This document shows positions 58,081 through 64,000 of a stretch of 64,000 nt of DNA, piece after piece. The first letter of the stretch is position 1, and each line of letters begins with the position of its first letter. Source of the DNA: a bacterium (GTDB lineage Bacteria; Patescibacteriota; Minisyncoccia; UBA6257; GWB1-50-10); NCBI GenBank assembly GCA_021814545.1, contig JAKAID010000001.1, positions 41,590 to 105,589 on the forward strand, written 5' to 3'. The notes beneath the pieces are model-generated. The model searched no databases and was not told the DNA's origin. It was given only the letters and a program-made list of their open reading frames with translations. The position numbers and the translations under genes were made by a program.

Positions 58081-58635
58081 TTACTGAGCTGAGATGGCCG
58101 ACCTGTATGCGCTGTTCGCTGCTTCGACCGCAGACCGATACGCATCATTCGCCGCCTTTACTGCCGCGCGGTATGCGTCGTTCGCTGCGCCTCGCTCCGT
58201 GCCCGAGTTGTCGGTTTTTGCCTTTTCAAGCGCTGCCCCATGGGCCGTTTTTGCTGCCGCGATGGCTGCGCTGCGAGTCCCTCGTGCGCTATCTATCGCC
58301 GCCTTTCTCGTTGCCTGCGCCTGCTCTCGCTTCTGCTTCGCAGCATCCCAAGTCGCTTTGCGTGCGGCCTGTGCGTCCCCTACCGCAGCCTTATAGGCCG
58401 CATTTGCCGTGGACACCGCCTGCTTGAATGCATCTTGTGCTGCTTTTACTGCTGCATCGCGGGTCTCGCGTGCCGCTTCAACCGCCGCCTTCCTATCAGA
58501 TTGAGCCTTTTGAATGGCTTCCTGATATGCGGTCGGTGTCGCGGGGGCTGACGTTGCCGTGCTCGTTGTTTGCGCGAATGCAACGGACGAGCCGATGAGC
58601 GATACTGCCGCCATGCCGATTAATATTTTTTTCAT
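58081..58635 (-). CDS. secreted alanine-rich repeat protein
   Basis: Signal peptide MKKILIGMAAVSLIGSSVAFA followed by repetitive AAxxAxxAY helical repeats. Confidence 0.55.
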   Translation of the reverse strand: MKKILIGMAAVSLIGSSVAFAQTTSTATSAPATPTAYQEAIQKAQSDRKAAVEAARETRDAAVKAAQDAFKQAVSTANAAYKAAVGDAQAARKATWDAAKQKREQAQATRKAAIDSARGTRSAAIAAAKTAHGAALEKAKTDNSGTERGAANDAYRAAVKAANDAYRSAVEAANSAYRSAISAQ

Positions 58636-58716
58636 GAAATGAAATATTAGATTATTCGACCTTTCCCCAACTATAAGTTGATACGCGAGAAGCGCCCCTT
58701 TTATTTCAGCGGAACC

Positions 58717-59183
58717 TTACACGATCTGATAATACACCTCACGGAGCCCCTTGATATCGAGCGTGAGCCAGCGCGCCCAGGTGATTTTTACTTTGAACAT
58801 CGAAAAATTGACGCCGAGCATATTGAAGAAGGGGCCATAGAACAGGGCCTGCAGCATCGCGTCTTTTGTGAGATTGTTCACGAATTCGTTCTGTTTCTCC
58901 TGGCCGCTTATCATTTCCGCCGTGCCCTCCATTTGCATGGTCGATGGGCCAAGCTCAGTACCGATGACAATGGAGACGTTCGGGTTCTTTGCGATGTTCC
59001 CGACCTTGCGGGTGTCCGCGCGGGTTACGAAGCAGAGGTTGAAGTTCTCATCGATAAAGTAGAGAAGGAGCGCTGACTCCGGTTTCCCCTCCGGCGAAAC
59101 GGTTGAAATGACCGCGAGCTTGTGCTTTTGAGGAATTTGAATGCCTCCTCCCTTACTTCCGCACTCGCCATTTCTGTTTTCAT
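58717..59183 (-). pseudogene. pyridoxamine 5'-phosphate oxidase-like (FMN-binding split barrel) gene with a 1-nt frameshift near 59124
   Basis: Frame A reads MKTEMASAEVREEAFKFLKS then stops; frame C continues HKLAVISTVSPEGKPESALLLYFIDENFNLCFVTRADTRKVGNIAKNPNVSIVIG...; length 467 nt (not a multiple of 3). Confidence 0.55.
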
Positions 59184-59283
59184 GGCCTTATTTTATCATA
59201 TTGGACCTCACGCGGTTCCTTGACAGAGAGTTCTATTTGTTTTGTTACTTGACATCAATGACCTATTGTGCTACACTTTTTTC

Positions 59284-59553
59284 ATGAACTTCGACAGAAT
59301 GCCGCGCAAGCCGCTTAGCAAGGAAGAGCTCGCTGCGTCGCGAGAAACCGACATGCGCGCTGCCTCGTACGAGGCGCAAAAAGAGCAGGAAGAGAAGAAG
59401 GAAGTAATGGAAAAGCGCGAGCGGGAGCCCGAGGTCGAATTCACGGCCAAGGACATCGAGGAAGCGGAAACGCCCGCAAGAGGCACCGCGCCCACAAAGA
59501 AGCCTTCGTGGAAACACGAAGAGAAGGAGTTTAGCCCGGAAGAGCTTCAGTAG
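59284..59553 (+). CDS. small acidic hypothetical protein
   Basis: MNFDRMPRKPLSKEEL...; Glu/Lys-rich (track ORF begins 59242). Confidence 0.4.
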   Translation: MNFDRMPRKPLSKEELAASRETDMRAASYEAQKEQEEKKEVMEKREREPEVEFTAKDIEEAETPARGTAPTKKPSWKHEEKEFSPEELQ

Positions 59554-59557
59554 CACA

Positions 59558-59590
59558 TGCGCCTGTCCCAAAAGGGACAGGCGTTTTTCA
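59558..59590 (+). terminator. rho-independent terminator
   Basis: gcgcctgtcccaaaagggacaggcgtttttca. Confidence 0.75.
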
Positions 59591-59620
59591 TTCCTGAAAT
59601 GCTACAGTAAAAGAAGGCAT

Positions 59621-62149
59621 ATGGAGTATAATTTTGCGGCAGTTTCCGTTGCAGAACTTTTTAACATTTTAGGTACCCGGCCGGAGGGGCTTCATGAGCG
59701 CGCGGTAGAGCGGCGGCTTCGCAAATACGGGAAAAACGAGCTCGCCGTAGGGCGCGAGGCACATGTGCTCATCGATCTCCTCACCCGCCTCGCCAGCCCC
59801 CTCATTATTCTCCTCATTGTTATTGCGCTTTTCGCGTATTTTTTTGGCGATAGAGTGAGCGCTCTTGTGGTGAGTGCCATGATAGTCATGAGTGTGGGGC
59901 TTTCGTTTTTTCAGGAGCGGCGCGCGAAGCGAGCGGCGCGGCAATTAGGAGAGATCGTGCAGACCATGTGCATGGTTATGCGCGACGGCGTGCGGAAAGA
60001 GGTTCCCTTACGCGATATCGTACCCGGCGATGTGGTGGTGCTCTCCGCGGGCGACGTGTTGCCCGGCGATGTGCGCATTATCGAGAGCAAGAATTTATTC
60101 GTGAATCAGTCGGTGCTTACCGGCGAATCCTTCCCTGCCGAGAAACATACAGCTCCTGTTCCGCATAGCGAAGCGCTCACTCCGCATACGCCGGACATGG
60201 CATTCATGGGAACTTCGGTTATGAGCGGCGAAGGGTTGGGTGTTGTTGTGGCAACGGGGCGGTACACCGAATTTGGCCTTATTGCACAAAAACTTGCCGA
60301 GGAGAAGGCGGTGACCGCGTTCGACCGTCAGATAAACGAGTTCGTGCGCGCCATGATAGTCATGATAATCGCGGTGGCTGTCGCGATAATAGGCATTCGC
60401 TTGTTGAAGCACGAGGACCTCGTGGAGTCGCTTTTCTTTGCGCTCGCGCTCGCCGTACAGATAACGCCGGAAACCCTTCCGGTTATCATCACGCTGAACC
60501 TTTCTCGCGGCGCGCTCGCCATGGCGAAGAAAAAAGTGGTGGTAAAACGCCTGAATGCCATCCAAAATTTAGGTGCAATGGATGTGCTTTGTACCGATAA
60601 AACGGGTACGCTCACCATGAATGAGGTTATTTTGGAGCGCCACGTGGACGTGAGCGGCAAGGACGACGAAAGCGTGTTCATATACGGATATATCAATAGC
60701 TACTATCAGACCGGCATACGGAATCTTTTGAATGGCGCCATCTTGAAGCATAAACGTGAGGATTTGCACGCCTACACGAAGGTTGATGAGGTCCCCTTTG
60801 ATTTCGAACGGAAGATAAACTCGGTCGCAGTGAAGCGCGACAATGACCTTGTCTTCATCGCGGTCGGCGCGCCGGAAGAAATTATGAAGCGGTGCGTGAA
60901 TTATTACGAGCATGGCGGCGCGCACCCGTTCGACGGCGCTGCCGCCGCACGGATGGTGCGCGTACACAGCGCCTTGAGCGGCGAAGGGTTTCGCGTGCTC
61001 GCGGTCGCCTATCGCCACATCGAAGAGAAAAAAGCGTACGGCGTAGCGGATGAATCATCACTCACGCTCAAGGGTTTCATGGCGTTCCTTGACCCGCCGA
61101 AACCAACCGCGCGCGAAGCGGTGCGTGCGATAGAGAATGCGGGAGTAACGTTCAAGGTTATTACCGGCGACAATGAGCTTGTTACGAAAAAAATATGCAT
61201 CGACCTTGGTATTCCTGCCGATGTCATGCTCGAAGGAAGTCAACTCGAAACTATGAACGATGCGGAGCTTGCGCGGCATGTCGAGCATACGAGCATTTTT
61301 GCGCGGGTTACTCCGAAGCAGAAAGAGCGCATCGTACGTGCGCTTATCGCCCGCGGGCATACCGTGGGGTATTTGGGCGACGGTATTAACGATGCGCTCT
61401 CGCTTCGCGCTGCCGACGTCGGCATTTCGGTCAATAATGCGGTCGACGTTGCGAAAGAGTCCGCGGGTATCGTGCTGCTCGAGAAAGACCTCGATGTACT
61501 TATGGACGGCGTGCGTGAAGGGCGGAAGGTGTACGGCAATTTCGTGAAGTATATCCGCATGACGAGCATGGTGAACGTGGGGTATATGCTCACCACGTTA
61601 TTTTCGAGCGTGTTCCTCCCCTTTCTGCCGATGGCGCCCGTGCAGATGCTTCTCAATAACTACCTCTACGAAATTGGGCAAACGGGTATTCCCGGCGATA
61701 ACGTGGATAAGGAGTACATCGCGCGCCCGAAAACATGGCACATTCGCTCCATACTGCTCTTCATGGTGACCTTGGGGCCACTCGCATCATTCTTCGACCT
61801 CATAATGTTCTGCGCGCTTTGGTGGGTGCTTGGCGCAGGAATGAACGAGCAGCTGTTCCAGACGGGCTGGTTCCTTGAAGCAACGCTTGCGCAGATGCTT
61901 CTCATTTTTGTGATACGCACGCGGAAGCTCCCCTTTGTCGAGAGTAGGCCGAGCAAACTCCTTTTCGGTCTTTCGTTTGTCATCCTTATTTTTGTGTTCG
62001 CGCTTCCCTTTACGCCACTCGCGGCATCATTCCGCCTTGTGCCTATGTCGCTTCTGTACTATCCGCTTGCCGTAGGCGTTGTGGGCGCGTATCTTGCGAC
62101 CGTCTGGTACGCGAAGAATTGGTTTATTCAGCGCATTACGGGAAGCTAA
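59621..62149 (+). CDS. mgtA: magnesium-translocating P-type ATPase
   Basis: DKTGTLT phosphorylation site; GDGINDALSL; 842 aa; MgtA-like N-terminus. Confidence 0.85.
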   Translation: MEYNFAAVSVAELFNILGTRPEGLHERAVERRLRKYGKNELAVGREAHVLIDLLTRLASPLIILLIVIALFAYFFGDRVSALVVSAMIVMSVGLSFFQERRAKRAARQLGEIVQTMCMVMRDGVRKEVPLRDIVPGDVVVLSAGDVLPGDVRIIESKNLFVNQSVLTGESFPAEKHTAPVPHSEALTPHTPDMAFMGTSVMSGEGLGVVVATGRYTEFGLIAQKLAEEKAVTAFDRQINEFVRAMIVMIIAVAVAIIGIRLLKHEDLVESLFFALALAVQITPETLPVIITLNLSRGALAMAKKKVVVKRLNAIQNLGAMDVLCTDKTGTLTMNEVILERHVDVSGKDDESVFIYGYINSYYQTGIRNLLNGAILKHKREDLHAYTKVDEVPFDFERKINSVAVKRDNDLVFIAVGAPEEIMKRCVNYYEHGGAHPFDGAAAARMVRVHSALSGEGFRVLAVAYRHIEEKKAYGVADESSLTLKGFMAFLDPPKPTAREAVRAIENAGVTFKVITGDNELVTKKICIDLGIPADVMLEGSQLETMNDAELARHVEHTSIFARVTPKQKERIVRALIARGHTVGYLGDGINDALSLRAADVGISVNNAVDVAKESAGIVLLEKDLDVLMDGVREGRKVYGNFVKYIRMTSMVNVGYMLTTLFSSVFLPFLPMAPVQMLLNNYLYEIGQTGIPGDNVDKEYIARPKTWHIRSILLFMVTLGPLASFFDLIMFCALWWVLGAGMNEQLFQTGWFLEATLAQMLLIFVIRTRKLPFVESRPSKLLFGLSFVILIFVFALPFTPLAASFRLVPMSLLYYPLAVGVVGAYLATVWYAKNWFIQRITGS

Positions 62150-63091
62150 CTATTGCCACGGGAATGAGCGGCCGAAATGCCCCCAGGCTGCGGTGTTCGC
62201 CCATTTGATGCTTCCAAGATCGAGGAATGCGTAGATACCCCGCGTTGAGAGGTCGTATTTTCCCACAAGAGATTCTTCTTTGCCATCGATATGTGCGACC
62301 GCCATCACCGGGTCTCGTTTGCCTATTGCGTATGCGAGCGACACTTTCACTTCATTTGCTTTGCGTGATTTGAGAAGGTCAACCGCGAGTTTGCGCGCCG
62401 CATACGCGCCGCTGCGGTCAACTTTCGTGTAGTCTTTGCCCGAGAAGGAGCCGCCGCCTATGCCCACCTGTGGCCCGTAGTTGTCGATGACTATCTTCCT
62501 GCCTGAAAGGCCGGTATCCGAGTCAAAACCACCGAGCGTCCATTCGCCTGCCGGGTTGATACTATATTCGTCCGCGTGAACATTTTTTCGGACCAGTCGC
62601 TCCAGATCGGCAGTTTTTGCGTTCTGAAAACTTGCGACGACCGCGCGCACCGTATCACCCTCGAGCGTAACTTGCGTTTTCCCGTCATAGGGGTATACCG
62701 CAAAAATAGTTTTGCAGAGGTCGCGCGCGAGCACGTACTCCTTCGGAAGGAATTCCGGCGTTTCGCGCGTGGCATAGCCCACCATAATGCCCTGGTCGCC
62801 TGCGCCTCCCGTATCCACGCCGCGCGCGATGAACGGACTCTGCTTCTCTACGTACGAACGGACCTGGAAATCACGCCCTACGATGTCCTGCACCACTTTT
62901 TGGATATCAACTTGCGCCTTGCTTGTTACCTCGCCCGAAATGAATATCCTGCGATGGCCGCCCATCACTTCTATCGCTACCCTGCTCCCCTTATCTTTGC
63001 GCATGAACGCATCGAGGACCGAATCTGCGAGGAAATCGCATATCTTGTCCGGATGTTTCGGCGAAACGAACTCGCATGTTCTTGTGTTCAT
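62150..63091 (-). CDS. metK: S-adenosylmethionine synthetase (compact, 313 aa)
   Basis: HPDKICDFLADSVLDA; GAGDQGIMVGYA; GGGSFSGKDYTKVDRSGAYAAR; the track's longer ORF to 63778 is a spurious extension through the riboswitch. Confidence 0.85.
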   Translation of the reverse strand: MNTRTCEFVSPKHPDKICDFLADSVLDAFMRKDKGSRVAIEVMGGHRRIFISGEVTSKAQVDIQKVVQDIVGRDFQVRSYVEKQSPFIARGVDTGGAGDQGIMVGYATRETPEFLPKEYVLARDLCKTIFAVYPYDGKTQVTLEGDTVRAVVASFQNAKTADLERLVRKNVHADEYSINPAGEWTLGGFDSDTGLSGRKIVIDNYGPQVGIGGGSFSGKDYTKVDRSGAYAARKLAVDLLKSRKANEVKVSLAYAIGKRDPVMAVAHIDGKEESLVGKYDLSTRGIYAFLDLGSIKWANTAAWGHFGRSFPWQ

Positions 63092-63109
63092 AGGTGTTTT
63101 ATTGCAATC

Positions 63110-63265
63110 GAATATAAAAAGAAATTCCTCTCTGAAATGAGAGGAAGCTGTGTGTCGACCTTTATCTTCCCCTGTTCCAGGGTTGGATGGAGCACCTTCT
63201 TTGAGTTCCCAAAGGGTTGCTGGGTGGATCACGGAGCCAATTCTCTCCCCACCGCTCTTCATAAG
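63110..63265 (-). ncRNA. SAM-I (S-box) riboswitch with terminator expression platform, in the metK leader
   Basis: RNA sense CUUAUGAAGAGCGGUGGGGAGAGAAUUGGCUCCGUGAUCCACCCAGCAACC...GGUGCUCCAUCCAACCCUGGAACAGGGGAAGAUAAAG; P1 CUUAU/AUAAG; terminator GCUUCCUCUCAUUUCAGAGAGGAAUUUCUUUUU. Confidence 0.75.
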
Positions 63266-63282
63266 TATTCGATTGTACGAGC

Positions 63283-63311
63283 AGTATATCACACGAAGTT
63301 TCGTGATACAA
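63283..63311 (-). promoter_or_regulatory. putative sigma-70 promoter for the metK leader
   Basis: Minus strand TTGTAT, 17-nt spacer, TATACT, about 10 nt upstream of the riboswitch P1. Confidence 0.4.
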
Positions 63312-63319
63312 TCATTTCC

Positions 63320-64000
63320 ATGAAACGTGTTGTGGTGGTTGGGGGCGGTTCCGGTACGTTTAATGTGCTCAAGGGCTTGAAGCATTATCCTGTCGCCATT
63401 ACTGCGATAGTCACGGCATTCGACAGCGGCGGGAGTTCCGGACTCCTCCGAGACGAGTTCGGCACGCTGCCGCCGGGCGACGTGCGCCGGTGTCTTGTCG
63501 CGCTCGCACCCGAGGGCGAAGATACTACGCTCCGCGACCTTTTCTCGTTCCGTTTCAAAAAAGACAGTTCGCTTCAGGGGCATAATTTTGGCAATTTGTT
63601 TCTCCAGGCGCTTATTGAAACCTCTGGTGGCGAACTTGAGGCGATACGCCGCGCCGCGCGGCTTCTCAATATCAAGGGCGCGGTGCTTCCCGTCTCGACC
63701 GACCGCGCGCACCTCTGCGCGGAACTTGAAGATGGCGCCGTTATCAAGGGCGAGACGAATATCGATATTCCGAAGCATGACGGCGCATTGAAGATAACGC
63801 GCGTATTCCTTGAACCCGCCGCATCGCTTTGCGACGATGCACGGCGCGTGTTGCAGGAAGCGGACCTCATTATTTTCGGACCCGGCGACCTCTACTCCTC
63901 CATTATTCCGAACACACTGGTACGTGGGTTTGGCGAAGCAGTGAAGAAAAGTCGCGCAAAAACGTGTTTTGTAATGAACGCGATGACCAAGTGGGGCGAA
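63320..64000 (+). CDS. yvcK: YvcK/UPF0052 (CofD-like, gluconeogenesis factor) family protein, 3' end beyond window
   Basis: MKRVVVVGGGSGTFNVLKGLKHYPVAITAIVTAFDSGGSSGLLRDEFGTLPPGDVRRCLVAL; open to the window end; not in the ORF track. Confidence 0.75.
   Translation, partial: MKRVVVVGGGSGTFNVLKGLKHYPVAITAIVTAFDSGGSSGLLRDEFGTLPPGDVRRCLVALAPEGEDTTLRDLFSFRFKKDSSLQGHNFGNLFLQALIETSGGELEAIRRAARLLNIKGAVLPVSTDRAHLCAELEDGAVIKGETNIDIPKHDGALKITRVFLEPAASLCDDARRVLQEADLIIFGPGDLYSSIIPNTLVRGFGEAVKKSRAKTCFVMNAMTKWGE

Noticed and set aside
57927-58427. 166-aa plus-strand ORF
   Set aside because: Pro/Arg/Leu-rich nonsense antisense to the Ala-rich secreted protein gene, whose signal peptide and repeats make it the real gene.
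63092-63778. N-terminal 229 aa of the listed 542-aa ORF 62150-63778
   Set aside because: This stretch spans the SAM-I riboswitch, its terminator and the promoter. MetK homology begins only at Met-230 (HPDKICD), so the extension is read-through of a leader region.
1-64000. CRISPR arrays, rRNA genes, transposases or integrases
   Set aside because: No array of regularly spaced direct repeats was seen. No 16S/23S/5S-like sequence and no DDE or tyrosine-recombinase ORFs were recognised. The only repeats found are the palindromic families A and B.

Overview
This 64-kb window looks like a reduced, high-GC genome of the Candidate Phyla Radiation / Patescibacteria type read with the standard genetic code. 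UGA/TAA/TAG act as normal stops and gene sizes are conventional. Most of the window is housekeeping: dnaG-rpoD; alaS; efp; mnmA; a split comEC; aspS; ndk; pyrF; rpmB; the str operon (rpsL-rpsG-fusA-tuf); and the S10/spc ribosomal superoperon through secY-adk-map, followed by secA. The minus strand then carries a cell-envelope and division block (gltX, murG, ftsW, an amidohydrolase, mraY, a DD-carboxypeptidase, scpB, scpA, ychF), then dnaX, dinB, cmk, mgtA, metK and a partial yvcK. There is no rpmD (L30) between rpsE and rplO, L3 is truncated and several synthetases are compact, all consistent with a CPR genome. Two tRNAs are present, tRNA-Pro(GGG) on the plus strand and tRNA-Gln(UUG) on the minus strand, and a well-formed SAM-I riboswitch with a terminator sits upstream of metK. 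The most unusual signal is two families of small palindromic repeat elements. Family B (2 copies) has an identical 29-nt core and is inserted in frame inside mnmA. Family A (3 copies) has conserved 5' and 3' boxes around variable hairpins, and a B copy is nested inside the third A copy; between copies both families keep a conserved core within differing, compensatory palindromic arms, which resembles the in-frame palindromic elements of Rickettsia. Other notable items are: a frameshifted PNPOx-like gene; a comEC split across two overlapping frames; an orphan VirD4/TraD-like ATPase with a zinc ribbon; a metallothionein-like mini-protein; a Cas4-like PD-(D/E)xK nuclease; a degenerate att-like duplication of the tRNA-Gln 3' end next to dinB; and an amidohydrolase sitting at the murD position of the dcw cluster. 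No CRISPR array, rRNA, transposase or integrase gene was found.
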